A stretch of 46,724 bases of DNA. Source: a virus (Duplodnaviria; Heunggongvirae; Uroviricota; Caudoviricetes). Of this stretch, positions 1-9,818 are shown piece after piece. Position 1 is the stretch's first letter; each line of letters starts with the position of its first letter. The stretch lies in the IMG/VR virus record IMGVR_UViG_2579778634_000020. One strand, written 5' to 3'. Position numbers and translations under genes: made by a program. The notes under the pieces were generated by a model. It searched no databases. It was not told the DNA's origin and saw only the letters and a program-made list of their open reading frames with translations.

Positions 1-7
1 CACTAAC

Positions 8-32
8 GCCCGCACATTGCTGCGGGCTTTTT
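8..32 (+). terminator. Rho-independent terminator hairpin (gcccgca..tgcgggc + TTTTT) closing a plus-strand transcript entering from the left of the window
   Basis: Seen in sequence: 7-bp GC stem with a 6-nt loop, followed by a T5 run on the plus strand. Confidence 0.6.
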
Positions 33-326
33 GATTCATTTCGCAAATGTGCTGACATTTTCCCCTCTAATCCGTACCATACACGCCACAGTTTTTTATA
101 TCAGATTTCTTATGCTGGGCGTTCCGGCATGACGCATACTCTTCTGATGCCATATAACGAATTGAGTCGCTTTTAATGTCGCAAAATCAAGAAATTAGTA
201 AGAAAGAACAATACAACCTGAACAAGTAAGGGCAAAAATCACAACCATCTGACACATAAAGATTTTATTTATTTTTCAAAACGTTAAACAATATCAGCGA
301 CTACAATAACCTACGATAACCCACTC

Positions 327-380
327 TTTTTTTGCCCCATTTTTGCCCCTTTTGCAGCGTTTTGCCCCATTTTTGCCACC
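327..380. repeat. Direct repeats of tttgccccatttttgcc (two copies at 331-347 and 361-377) in non-coding DNA downstream of the tail-fiber module
   Basis: Seen in sequence. The position suggests a prophage-end, att-arm or other protein-binding repeat; its function is unknown. Confidence 0.4.
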
Positions 381-552
381 ACAAAAAATCCTAAACCACA
401 CAAATCTAAAACCTACAAATTGCCCCCTTGGATACTTTTCAATAGAATCTGTTCCGGCTGGAAATCATTCAATACTCGCACTATCGAAAGTTATCCAGCC
501 AACCGCAGCACGTCCTGCATACGTCGTGTCTGCGGTTTTTCTTTTTCGCTTA

Positions 553-732
553 CATTGTGTCTGGTTCTTCCGGCCACTCAATATCAGGTGCAGTTGATGT
601 ATCAACACGGTTCAACAACACCCGATACTTTTTCCATGCGGCCAGTAACGCTTTCTCTTCCTCCGTTGCGATTTCCAGCTCAACAACAGTCTGAACGTAC
701 CGGGAACAGCCTCCTTCAGAGCTTGAAGGATA
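553..732 (-). pseudogene. tfa: Remnant of a tail fiber assembly (Tfa) gene: C-terminal 60 codons only, in frame directly after the stf TGA stop and lacking a start codon
   Basis: Translation ends ...[43 protein letters not shown]. This matches the conserved C-terminus of lambdoid Tfa proteins (TfaE, TfaR, lambda Tfa). There is no ATG or RBS, and the fragment begins at the stf stop codon. Confidence 0.7.
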
Positions 733-3222
733 TCAATGTTCGCTTCCTGTTAACTGCCGGACAAGTGCAACCAGTTCGCTTACCTGATTTTCCAGAGTGC
801 TGATCCGGGTGTCTGCTGTTGCCAGATTTTCACGTAGCGTTGTGTTTTCCTCTTCCAGCGCGGTAACGCGATCATCTGTTTCACGGGCGACCTGAACAAG
901 TAAACCCGTCACGGCGGCGTAGTCAACATTAAGATAGCGCGTTTCTTCGCGTAGCTCGTTGCCGTCAACGGTCGGACCTTGTAACGCTTCACCGTAATGA
1001 GTAAACGATCCCACAGCTTCCGGTAGCGCCTCCATTACCTCCTGAGCGATAACGCCAGCGTAAGGTAGTCCGTTTTCCTTAAGGGTATAAGTGTACCCGT
1101 TCATTTTGCGGATGGCTTCAGTTGCATCACCTATAACCTGAATGTTGTCCTTCAGATCACGATCAGATGATTGGTTTATCGTTTCGCATGTAATGTGACC
1201 AGACGCTTTAAGATTTTTTACATCAAGTCTGTCGTTTGCAAAATTATATGAAATTGCGGTGCTGGTGCTTCCGGCATCATCATAATCGCTTTTATGAATA
1301 AACCAGTTTCCACCATTAGCAATGAGAGTATAAGTAGGCGTGTTAGCCGGGCGATCTGTTTCATTAAATCTTATTGCTGGGTTAGCGCTCCTTATTTGTA
1401 AAGGTTTTTCAACCGTGGATTTCAGTATCGCACTATCTACAATTAAATTACCTTCTGAGTTAATGTTTAGATATTTTGAAGCACCAGTTGAACCATCGTA
1501 TGTAAACCTTATTGTTAATTGACCTGGCTCATTTGATAAAGTCTCAACATACATATCAGCACCAAGACGCACAGTGCTGTCAGTTGCTAACAGTCTTGTA
1601 TGGAGAATACCACTAGATGTGTATGTATTGGTCGAATCACTATATCTATCAAGAAATAGACTGTTAAGTTGAGGGCTATTGCTCCTGCCTAATCCAAGAT
1701 TCGTTCTGGCACCATCAATAGTTGCCGCACCAGTACCTCCGGCCGCGATCGAAAGCGGAATCCATTCGCTATTCTCTGCATCGTAATAACCCCATGTTCC
1801 TGAATCGTAGATACTAAAAAATTTGCTTGCATTTTGACAATATACGCGTGTATTACCTGTTAGTTGAGTAAGCCTGTCCACTTCATCTTTTCTTGCGTGA
1901 CGCGTCCACTGCGGGCCTATTGTCGGATTCCAGCGATAAGTATAAAGCGAGCGCGTAGCCCATCCCTGAAATACACCTGTATACGCTGGTGTTCCATCTA
2001 CCTGACTAATAAACCCCGTAAGACTGCTTTCACCGGATGCAATCGATGGAAAGCCTTTTGCATTACTCATAATGCGCATAAATCCGATATACCCTGATGG
2101 GTTGCCGGAAATATCAGGACAATCACGCGGGGCTGAGCCAAGACCGATATTATCGCCAACAATTACTTGCGCCTGGTTGCGATAATTAAGTGCGTCCGCT
2201 GCAGATTTCGCCGCGTTTGTTTCACTGGATTTAGCATTAGTTTCGCTGGCTTTAGCGTTTGTTTCGCTGCTCTTTGCTGCTGCCTCGCTATTTTTCGCGT
2301 TGGTTTCTGATTTTTTGGCTGCTGTCGCGGAGTTTGCCGATGCAGTTTGTGAGGCCGCTGCCGCCTGTGCGCTGTTATCCGCATTCGTCTCAGACGTTTT
2401 TGCGGCCTTCGCGGAATTTCCTGCCGCCGTTGCCGAGGAAGCTGCACTACTGGCACTTGATGATGCGTTCGTTTCTGATGATTTCGCTGCCTCTTTTGAG
2501 GCCGCCGCATCCCGGGCTGAGGTGGCAGCTTCTGACGCTTTCGTGGTCGCGGTGGATGCAGAAGTGGCTGCAGATTTTTGTGACGCTGCAGCATTCGTTT
2601 CTGACGTTTTCGCCGCACCGGCACTGGTAGCCGCCGCGCTTTTTGAGGACTCTGCAGCGGCAGCACTTTTTGATGCTTCAGTAGCCTTTGTTGATGCCGT
2701 TCCTGCGCTGGAAGACGCTGACTGAGCCGACGTCGCGGCCTGCCCGGCTGATGTGCTGGCTGCACGTGCTGAGCCTGCAGCATCAGTCGCATGGGTTGCC
2801 GCCTCACGGGCTGATGTGCCGGCATCGCTGGCTGACTTCTTCGCGGCTGCCGTGTTCTGTTCCACTGCGGACGCGTTACGCGCCACCTCTTCCACCATCA
2901 GTTCAAAGCGGCGCAGTGCCTCCGGACGGGCATCATCCTCCGTCATGGCACCGAGAAAATCATTCAGTGTGCCCGGCTTTGAGTCCTCATATACGGTGAT
3001 AATCCCGGCGTGTGACGGCGGGAATCCCTCCACCAACAGACTGACGCTGTACTGACCATACTCGACGTCCATTGTGTAACGCCCGGCTTCATCCGGGTTT
3101 TCTGAGGCCACTGTGTTCACCACCACCGTGGTGCTGTTGCGCCTGGCCTTTAGCTGAATGGTGCAGTTTTGTATCGGCTTACCTGCGCCATCTTTCAGTA
3201 CACCTGAAATCCGTACTGCCAT
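733..3222 (-). CDS. stf: Side tail fiber protein. The N-terminus is near-identical to lambda Stf, followed by a long Ala/Ser/Thr-rich repeat region and a C-terminal peptidase S74 intramolecular-chaperone domain.
   Basis: N-terminus MAVRISGVLKDGAGKPIQNCTIQLKARRNSTTVVVNTVASENPDEAGRY... matches lambda Stf. The C-terminal ~130 aa (DLKDNIQVIGDATEAIRKMNGYTYTL...coiled coil) resemble the endosialidase/T5 pb1 intramolecular-chaperone domain. An RBS of GGGGGG lies upstream. Confidence 0.9.
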   Translation of the reverse strand: MAVRISGVLKDGAGKPIQNCTIQLKARRNSTTVVVNTVASENPDEAGRYTMDVEYGQYSVSLLVEGFPPSHAGIITVYEDSKPGTLNDFLGAMTEDDARPEALRRFELMVEEVARNASAVEQNTAAAKKSASDAGTSAREAATHATDAAGSARAASTSAGQAATSAQSASSSAGTASTKATEASKSAAAAESSKSAAATSAGAAKTSETNAAASQKSAATSASTATTKASEAATSARDAAASKEAAKSSETNASSSASSAASSATAAGNSAKAAKTSETNADNSAQAAAASQTASANSATAAKKSETNAKNSEAAAKSSETNAKASETNAKSSETNAAKSAADALNYRNQAQVIVGDNIGLGSAPRDCPDISGNPSGYIGFMRIMSNAKGFPSIASGESSLTGFISQVDGTPAYTGVFQGWATRSLYTYRWNPTIGPQWTRHARKDEVDRLTQLTGNTRVYCQNASKFFSIYDSGTWGYYDAENSEWIPLSIAAGGTGAATIDGARTNLGLGRSNSPQLNSLFLDRYSDSTNTYTSSGILHTRLLATDSTVRLGADMYVETLSNEPGQLTIRFTYDGSTGASKYLNINSEGNLIVDSAILKSTVEKPLQIRSANPAIRFNETDRPANTPTYTLIANGGNWFIHKSDYDDAGSTSTAISYNFANDRLDVKNLKASGHITCETINQSSDRDLKDNIQVIGDATEAIRKMNGYTYTLKENGLPYAGVIAQEVMEALPEAVGSFTHYGEALQGPTVDGNELREETRYLNVDYAAVTGLLVQVARETDDRVTALEEENTTLRENLATADTRISTLENQVSELVALVRQLTGSEH
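2160..2860. repeat. Imperfect tandem nucleotide repeats encoding the (S/T)AxxAAxSxxxA low-complexity segment of Stf
   Basis: Seen in sequence: repeated gcNgcNtcNgaNgcN units. This produces the spurious overlapping ORFs on both strands (2163..2825 and 2300..2725). Confidence 0.8.
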
Positions 3223-3233
3223 ATTCCCCCCAC

Positions 3234-3259
3234 AAAAAAGCCCGCCTGAACCGGCGGGC
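3234..3259 (-). terminator. Intrinsic terminator/attenuator between lom and stf (minus-strand RNA GCCCGCC-GGUUCA-GGCGGGC-UUUUUU)
   Basis: Seen in sequence: 7-bp GC-rich stem followed by a U6 run on the minus strand. Confidence 0.65.
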
Positions 3260-3286
3260 TGTCATAACACTGTGTTACCTGGCTAA

Positions 3287-3886
3287 TCAGAATTTATAAC
3301 CGACACCAACGATGAAACTGTTGGTACGCCAGTCACCGCTGCCGGAGCCTTCATAAGCGACGTCAACGGCCACGGATTCGGTCGGGTTAAACTGCACGCC
3401 AGCTCCCCACGCCAGAGACGTGTTGCTGTGGCGACCGTCATCACTTCCGGTCAGCACATCGTGCGTTTTCCCCTTGTTGTCAGTTACGCGGATATAATCC
3501 CCGGAGAAAGTCGACACACGGCTGTAAGCCATACCCGCCATCGCATACGCGCTGAACCATTCATTCACGCGCACAGACGGCCCCGCCATCACGCTGAACC
3601 AGCGATTACGCACGGAATCCTCATGCCAGCGGGTATCGCTGTAATGCGTTTTTTGCTCATCTTCAGCGTTGGCATAACTGAATGACGTAATCAGCCCCAG
3701 CGTGTCCGTAAACTCATAACGGTATTTCACGTTAATCCCGTTCAGATTATCGCTGCCGGGAGCGTTCGTACGGGCATGAAGATACCCTGCGCTCAGTGTG
3801 GCCTGCTGCTCAGACGCCCATGCAGGCGCACCGGATACGGCCAGACAGATGGCTGCGGACAAAATGGCTGCACAAACTTTACGCAT
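3287..3886 (-). CDS. lom: Outer membrane protein Lom (Ail/Lom/PagC/OmpX family beta-barrel)
   Basis: 199 aa with a signal peptide. Near-identical to lambda Lom (MRK..AAILSAAICLAVSGAPAWAS...VGVGYKF). Confidence 0.95.
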   Translation of the reverse strand: MRKVCAAILSAAICLAVSGAPAWASEQQATLSAGYLHARTNAPGSDNLNGINVKYRYEFTDTLGLITSFSYANAEDEQKTHYSDTRWHEDSVRNRWFSVMAGPSVRVNEWFSAYAMAGMAYSRVSTFSGDYIRVTDNKGKTHDVLTGSDDGRHSNTSLAWGAGVQFNPTESVAVDVAYEGSGSGDWRTNSFIVGVGYKF

Positions 3887-3910
3887 AATTACCTCTCGCT
3901 TTTCTGCAAT

Positions 3911-3934
3911 AAAAAAGGCGCCATTTCTGGCGCC
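3911..3934 (-). terminator. Hairpin + U6 (GGCGCC-AGAAAU-GGCGCC-UUUUUU) between J and lom; putative attenuator
   Basis: Seen in sequence. Confidence 0.5.
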
Positions 3935-3953
3935 CGTATATGGGTTATAAAAT

Positions 3954-6900
3954 TCAGCTGATACTGATGCCTGCGGTGGCTTTCTTCATCACCACAACCA
4001 GCAAATCGCTGATACTTGCTGTGGGATACCAGTCATTTACCAGCCATGCTGACACCGAAAACTCCAGCGTCGTGTGACCGTGACCGGCAGGCATATCAAT
4101 AACGCCACTGTAAATCAGCGTATTATCCAGCGCGGTACGGTTATAAATTTCAGCACCGTTTTTCCGCACTATCAGACGGCATGAGGAGTAAATATCAGTA
4201 TGCTCTCTCTCATGTTTAGCGCCGCTGAATGCCACCGCCGGAATAACAATCTGCCGGTCAAACGGCTGATCGTCATAAATCCTGACGGTAATGGTCCCTG
4301 ATGGCCACCGCTCCGGTGCCCGGGAGTCCCGCGGGAAAGCCTTACCCACTGTTTTGACAATATCGCCTTCAATCTGGTTGGCTGACAGTTTCCCTTTAAT
4401 CTGACAGTTCTCATTTATCGTAACGTTGTTGAGCGTCCCGGCGTTCGCATTCACACTGCCACTGATATCCGCATTTTTAGCGGTCAGCTTTCCGTCCGGT
4501 GTCAGGGAAAAGGCCGGAGGATTGCCGCCGCTGGTAATGGTGGGGGCCGTCAGGCGCTTCAGGAACACTTCATTCATGAATATCTGATCACCCTGACCAA
4601 CAAACATCGGTTTTGTGTTGCCATTCGCAGGATTAATCATCGCAATCCTGTCTGCCGCCAGCAGCACCTGACTCTGCATGCCGTCAGGGGTGTTCTCAAT
4701 ACCGGCACCAATACCCGCGATATAAAGGCGTCCGTCCTGCATCTGCTGCAGCTTCACAGCCCACATGCTGTTCAGGTTATTATTTGTATCAACCTGAACC
4801 TTCTGTATCTGCTGAATTGCAGCACTCTGGTCTTCCAGTTTCTTATTGACGGTCTGCGTGATTTCATTGCTGACATCCGTAATGGACGTCCTGATTTCAG
4901 CCAGGTCAGGCGCAAGCTGACCGTTATCAATCTGCGTCCACAGCTCCTGAGCCAGATGGGTTTTCCCTATCTCGCCTTTGAAAAAATCCAGATAACCGGA
5001 TGCATCATCACTCGGCTGACCAACAGCCTCCACGAATGCCGATTTGCCAACGGTGTTCACACTGCGGATATAAAAGTAATAATCATGGCCCGGTTTGATA
5101 TTGATACTGGCGGCTATCCAGTACAGCGCCGTACCAAGATAGCGTGCTGTGGTTTCAACCTGCCTGATATCCGCAATCCGCTTTTCCGAGAACCAGAACT
5201 CAAACTGTACCGTCGGATCATAAACCGCAAGATGCGGCGTGGCGGTTATCTGAAAATAGCCCGGTGTCAGCTCAATCCGAGACGGCGCTGCCGGTGCGGC
5301 AATCCGGAACGATACCGATGCCGGATCGCCCTGCTGTCCCCACGCATTTACCGCCCGGACTGTCAGCCTGTAGTTCCCCAGCGCCAGTTGCGTGAAGCGG
5401 TATGTAGTTTCCGTCGTCCGGGCCGTGCTGACCAGCCGCTCACTGCCGTCATCCGCTGCCACGGTCAGGCGAAGCATAAAGCTCACCCCCTTCACCACCT
5501 TCGGCGTGTCCCAGCGCGCCAGCACCTGATATTCCCCGCTGTCTGCGGTGACTTCGGCAGTCAGGTGCTGCACCGCTGGCGGCGTGACACCATTCACCGT
5601 GCCGCTCTGGTCGCCGTCAAAGTGCGCCCCGTTATCCACGATGGCCTCTTTTTCCGGCACATGCTGCACGGCGGTGATGGCATACGTGCCGTCGTCGTTC
5701 TCACGGATACTCACGCAGCGAAACAGTCGCTGGCGCAGCGTCGGCAGCTTCAGCCCCCATACGCTGTATTCAGCAACACCGTCAGGAACACGGCTCACTT
5801 TTACCTTCACGCCGTCGGTGGCGGACTGGACCTCCACGCTGACCGGATTGCCATTTCCGTCAACCAGGCTTATCAGCGTGGTACCGGAGGATGGCAGCGT
5901 GATTTCACGGTCGAGCGTCAGCGTCCGGGTCTGGCTGTTCACCGCCAGCACGCGCCCACCGGTGCTGATACCCGCATAGTCATCATCACAGATTTCAATG
6001 ACATCGCCCGGCACATGGCGAAGCCCTTCTGCGCCCACGCTGAAGTCCACGGTCTGCGTTTCCAGCAGTTCTGTTTTAATCAGCCACAGCCCGGCGCGGT
6101 GTGCCTGCCCCCGGCTGGTACAGCCAAAGGCATCCATCTTCGTGACATTACGACCATAACGGGCAATGGCCTGCGTATCTTCAACAAGCTCTGTCGCCGT
6201 CTCCCAGCCGTTGTCCGGGTCAATCCAGTTCACCTCAACGGCATTATGGCGGACCTTCAGGGCGCTGAAACTGTAGCGGAACGGCGCGCCATCATCCGGC
6301 ATCACCACATTACTGCGGTTATAGGTCCACACCTTATCCGACGGCCGGTCCTGCACGAACGTCAGCGTCTGCCCGTTCCATACCGGCATACAGCGCATCG
6401 CCGAGCAGAAATCACTGAGCACATCCCACGCCTTACGCTGTGTGGTCAGCCAGGCATTACAGGTGATGCGCGGCTCCGTGCCGCCAAAGCCGTCCGGCAC
6501 CGACTGGTCGCAGTACTGGCCGATGACATACAGCGCCCATTTATCCACATCCGCCGCACCAAGACGTTTCCCCATGCCGTAGCGCGGGTGGGTCAGCATA
6601 TCCCACAGACACCATGCCATGTTGTTGCTGTATGCTGGCTTAAACGTTCCGTCCCAGATACCGCTGTATTGCCGCGTCTGCGGGTTATAGTTCGACGGCA
6701 CCTGCAGAATGCGCCCGCGAAGATGATAATTACGGCTCACCTGCTGGCTGCCGAACTGCTCCGAGTCCACCTGTACGCCGACCAGTGCCGTGTTCGGGTA
6801 GCACTGTTTCACATCGATGATTTCGGTGTATGACGACCAGAGCGTTTTGTTCTGCAGCTGGTCTGTGGTGCTGTCCGGCGTCATCCTGCGCATCCGGATG

Positions 6901-7433
6901 TTGAACGGGCGCGGCGGCAGGTTACCCACCACCACCGAGGCCAGATACTGCGAGGTGGTTTTGCCCTTAATGGTGATGTCTTTTTCCGTCACCCAGCCAC
7001 CGTTACGTTGTATCTGAACCAGCAGGCGGACTTCCGACGGATTCCGGTCCCCCTTTGAGGTGGTTTCCACCAGTGCCTGCACACCGAAGGTAAAGCGCAG
7101 TCGGTCGATGTTTGCCGACGTGATGGCGCGGGTGATCGGCGTGTCGTATTTCACTTCCGTACCCAGCACCGTCTCGGAGCCGGAGGATTCAAATCCCTCC
7201 GGCGGAGTCTGCTCCTGCTCACCAGCCCGGAACACCACCGTGACACCGGCGATGTTGGTATTCCCCTCACTGTCCAGCACCGGCGTACTGTTCAGCAGCA
7301 CGCTTTTTAATCCATCCACCGGACCTTCAATCGGCCCTTCACTGATGGCATCAATCACACTCAGCAACTGCGTGGATTTCAGGTTGTCCTTCGCTTCACG
7401 CGGGGTATGCCCCTTACTGCTGCCTTTACCCAT
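3954..7433 (-). CDS. J: Tail tip host-specificity protein J (central tail fiber)
   Basis: 1159 aa, collinear with and highly similar to lambda gpJ ([26 protein letters not shown]...). The C-terminal receptor-binding region diverges from lambda. Confidence 0.95.
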   Translation of the reverse strand: MGKGSSKGHTPREAKDNLKSTQLLSVIDAISEGPIEGPVDGLKSVLLNSTPVLDSEGNTNIAGVTVVFRAGEQEQTPPEGFESSGSETVLGTEVKYDTPITRAITSANIDRLRFTFGVQALVETTSKGDRNPSEVRLLVQIQRNGGWVTEKDITIKGKTTSQYLASVVVGNLPPRPFNIRMRRMTPDSTTDQLQNKTLWSSYTEIIDVKQCYPNTALVGVQVDSEQFGSQQVSRNYHLRGRILQVPSNYNPQTRQYSGIWDGTFKPAYSNNMAWCLWDMLTHPRYGMGKRLGAADVDKWALYVIGQYCDQSVPDGFGGTEPRITCNAWLTTQRKAWDVLSDFCSAMRCMPVWNGQTLTFVQDRPSDKVWTYNRSNVVMPDDGAPFRYSFSALKVRHNAVEVNWIDPDNGWETATELVEDTQAIARYGRNVTKMDAFGCTSRGQAHRAGLWLIKTELLETQTVDFSVGAEGLRHVPGDVIEICDDDYAGISTGGRVLAVNSQTRTLTLDREITLPSSGTTLISLVDGNGNPVSVEVQSATDGVKVKVSRVPDGVAEYSVWGLKLPTLRQRLFRCVSIRENDDGTYAITAVQHVPEKEAIVDNGAHFDGDQSGTVNGVTPPAVQHLTAEVTADSGEYQVLARWDTPKVVKGVSFMLRLTVAADDGSERLVSTARTTETTYRFTQLALGNYRLTVRAVNAWGQQGDPASVSFRIAAPAAPSRIELTPGYFQITATPHLAVYDPTVQFEFWFSEKRIADIRQVETTARYLGTALYWIAASINIKPGHDYYFYIRSVNTVGKSAFVEAVGQPSDDASGYLDFFKGEIGKTHLAQELWTQIDNGQLAPDLAEIRTSITDVSNEITQTVNKKLEDQSAAIQQIQKVQVDTNNNLNSMWAVKLQQMQDGRLYIAGIGAGIENTPDGMQSQVLLAADRIAMINPANGNTKPMFVGQGDQIFMNEVFLKRLTAPTITSGGNPPAFSLTPDGKLTAKNADISGSVNANAGTLNNVTINENCQIKGKLSANQIEGDIVKTVGKAFPRDSRAPERWPSGTITVRIYDDQPFDRQIVIPAVAFSGAKHEREHTDIYSSCRLIVRKNGAEIYNRTALDNTLIYSGVIDMPAGHGHTTLEFSVSAWLVNDWYPTASISDLLVVVMKKATAGISIS

Positions 7434-7493
7434 TCGTCACGCTCCATAAACGACAAAACCGCCCGCAGGCGGTTTCACATAAAACGTTTTTCA

Positions 7494-8135
7494 TCAGCGA
7501 CCAATCACCACAACCTGACCACCATCACCTTCATCTGCTGTGCTGATCTCCTGAGATACCACCCGCGACCCCACACGCATTTCACCGTACAGAACGGGCA
7601 GGACATTGCCCTGGGCAACCATATTATCCAGTGAAGAAAAATAGGTGTTCTGTTTGCCGTTATCCGTTGTCTGTGTGCGGGGGGTTTTGGGTTTAGGGGC
7701 CAGCATCTGTGCAACACCGCCAAGCGTCATACTGGCACCGAGAGAAAACAGCAGATTACTCGCCATAATTCCTACCCCCGGCATCCATATAGCAACCGCC
7801 ATAACAGCCGCCCCCAGCACAGCCTGAAACACACCGCCACTTTTGGCTCCTGCCAGACGCGGCACGATATGGATCACAGCACCATTTGCCAGCGGTTCAT
7901 TAAGACGGGCTGATAATTCCGTTTCACCTGTATCACGCCCGGCAATGCGTATCTGATACCAGCCGTCGCTCAGCTTCTGACGAAACGCCGGGATCTGCAT
8001 GGCCAGCGCCCGGATGGCTTCAGCCCCCGTTTTTACACGAAGGTCGATGCGGCGGCCAAATCGTTGTAAATCCCCGTAAAGGCAGATGCGCGCCATGCCC
8101 GGTGACGCCAGAGGGAGTGTGTGCGTCGCTGCCAT
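7494..8135 (-). CDS. I: Tail assembly protein I
   Basis: 213 aa. Same position and overlap as lambda gpI, between K and J. Confidence 0.8.
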   Translation of the reverse strand: MAATHTLPLASPGMARICLYGDLQRFGRRIDLRVKTGAEAIRALAMQIPAFRQKLSDGWYQIRIAGRDTGETELSARLNEPLANGAVIHIVPRLAGAKSGGVFQAVLGAAVMAVAIWMPGVGIMASNLLFSLGASMTLGGVAQMLAPKPKTPRTQTTDNGKQNTYFSSLDNMVAQGNVLPVLYGEMRVGSRVVSQEISTADEGDGGQVVVIGR

Positions 8136-8776
8136 TTGTCGGTATACCTCTCTCGTTTGCTCAGTTGTTCAGGAATATGGTGCAGCAGCTCGCCATCACC
8201 ACAGTAAATGGCGGCATGATTCGGCACCGATGAACCAAAACAGCACAGCAGTACATCGCCCGGCTGCGCCGCTGACAACGGCACCTGATACAGCCCCGTT
8301 GCCTCCAGATTATCCAGATAGAGATTCTGGCCGTTACGCCACCAGCCATCCTCACGATGAAAATCCGGCATCTCAATCCCCGCCAGATGATAAGCATCCC
8401 GGAACAGCGTGTAACAGTCCGTCACCCCGTGCTCAAAGCGCCGCCCGGTGAGATGCGGCACACAGCGGAACTTATGAATCGCCCCCCGGCAGACCAGCCA
8501 CCACGGCAAATCACTCTGCACCTGCAGCCGCCGGTCAGCCTCACTCAGCCAGGGCAGACCACCGGGGTGGCTGTGGACCAGCGCCACAATCTCACCCTGC
8601 ATTTCTGCCCGCAGCCAGTCCTCCGGAGCCATCCGGAAATAATCCTCCGGCTCACCGGAAATATTCACGCAGGGATAATATCTTTCTCCCTCCGGCGTTC
8701 TCACCACGAAGCCGCACGACTCCGCTGGCGCACATCGCCGGGCGTGCGCCAGAATCGCTGATTCTGTCTCTGTCAT
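8033..8776 (-). CDS. K: Tail assembly protein K (MPN/JAB + NlpC/P60 domains)
   Basis: N-terminus MTETESAILAHARRCAPAESCGFVV... matches lambda gpK, with HSHP and Cys/His motifs. Overlaps I as in lambda. Confidence 0.85.
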   Translation of the reverse strand: MTETESAILAHARRCAPAESCGFVVRTPEGERYYPCVNISGEPEDYFRMAPEDWLRAEMQGEIVALVHSHPGGLPWLSEADRRLQVQSDLPWWLVCRGAIHKFRCVPHLTGRRFEHGVTDCYTLFRDAYHLAGIEMPDFHREDGWWRNGQNLYLDNLEATGLYQVPLSAAQPGDVLLCCFGSSVPNHAAIYCGDGELLHHIPEQLSKRERYTDKWQRRTHSLWRHRAWRASAFTGIYNDLAAASTFV

Positions 8777-8781
8777 GGGAT

Positions 8782-9480
8782 TTACTGCGAAAATTTGTTA
8801 ATGGAAAGGAAGCCGCCAAAGTTGCCGACGTTATTGCGGAACTTACATCCGCTCAGGCATTTGCTGCATTTATCCTTCGTGATATCGGACGTCGGCTGGT
8901 CATATTCATCCGCGACCGCCGGACCGTGATAACCGCACTCATCGCCGCGATAGGTCCAGGTGCAGGTGTTGGCCAGCATGATACGTCCCGGAAAAACGGC
9001 ACCATCCGTTTCAGTCGGAGTAGACAGCACAAAGGCCGCGCTAACCGCGTTCAGTTCGCTGCACTGCTCGATGCGCCAGCGGCTGATCACCTCCTGCTCC
9101 GGATCGGCTTCGCTGTTTCCGTTGATGAAGTTCACCGCATCCAGAAAACGGGCGTAGACCTTACGCCGGACCACTGTTCCGCCGACCAGACTCTGTAAAT
9201 CCTCCACCATCCCGGTGACCATGCCGTGCAGGTTAGATACTTTCAGTGTTGGCCTTGCACTGGCACCTTTGCCGTTCATCTCAAATCCACTCCCCTGAAT
9301 GGGATAGGCCTGATACTGCCGACTCTGCCAGGTGACAGACTCACCTTTTTCATTCTGCTCATTGCAGAAAAAGTAGCGATCCCCGCCTACCTCTGTCAGG
9401 TCGATTTCCCAGAGCACCACGCTGGCCGACTGCTCCGCCCGAATGCATTCATTCAGTGTTTCCTGTTGTATGTCCTGCAT
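8782..9480 (-). CDS. L: Minor tail protein L
   Basis: 232 aa, the same length as lambda gpL, with a C-terminal Cys cluster. Synteny M-L-K-I-J. Confidence 0.85.
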   Translation of the reverse strand: MQDIQQETLNECIRAEQSASVVLWEIDLTEVGGDRYFFCNEQNEKGESVTWQSRQYQAYPIQGSGFEMNGKGASARPTLKVSNLHGMVTGMVEDLQSLVGGTVVRRKVYARFLDAVNFINGNSEADPEQEVISRWRIEQCSELNAVSAAFVLSTPTETDGAVFPGRIMLANTCTWTYRGDECGYHGPAVADEYDQPTSDITKDKCSKCLSGCKFRNNVGNFGGFLSINKFSQ

Positions 9481-9818
9481 CAGATCACCACTTCGTCAAA
9501 CTGACACGAAAAATCGGTATAGGTGATATGTTCTGTCGCTGACCACGTTCGACACACCACTCTGATTTTTCTGTTAATACCCGGCGGGCGCCAAAAAAAA
9601 GATTTATAGCCTTCATGCCGGGCTAAAAATTTTTCAAATGAATCACGTTCATTCGCCTCAACTTTGAAATCACAGGTGAAAACGCGCAGAGAATGATTAA
9701 GTCCATTTGGACTTCGTTGCTCATAACCATCGCCAAATCTTACAATTTTTATCGATGGTTTATTTTCTGTTTTCATTCCATCCTCTGGTAACCAGTGAAA
9801 TTCTTCCGTATTAGCCAC
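9480..9818 (-). CDS. M: Minor tail protein M
   Basis: 112 aa. Synteny between the tape measure and L; lambda gpM-like. Confidence 0.8.

Noticed and set aside
343-803. Plus-strand ORFs 343..597 and 420..803
   Set aside because: No RBS, low-complexity products, and overlap with the Tfa remnant and the stf 3' end. They are most likely spurious.
2163-2825. Overlapping ORFs on both strands inside stf (220, 141, 123 and 103 aa)
   Set aside because: These are artefacts of the Ala/Ser-rich tandem repeat region of the tail fiber gene. The stf frame is the one with homology.
2160-2860. Possible CRISPR-like regular repeats
   Set aside because: The repeats are in-frame coding repeats of a fiber protein, with no spacer/repeat architecture and no cas genes.
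4956-6833. 625-aa plus-strand ORF
   Set aside because: It lies entirely antisense to the well-supported J gene. The open frame arises from the high-GC codon bias of J, and the composition is Arg/His/Pro-rich junk.
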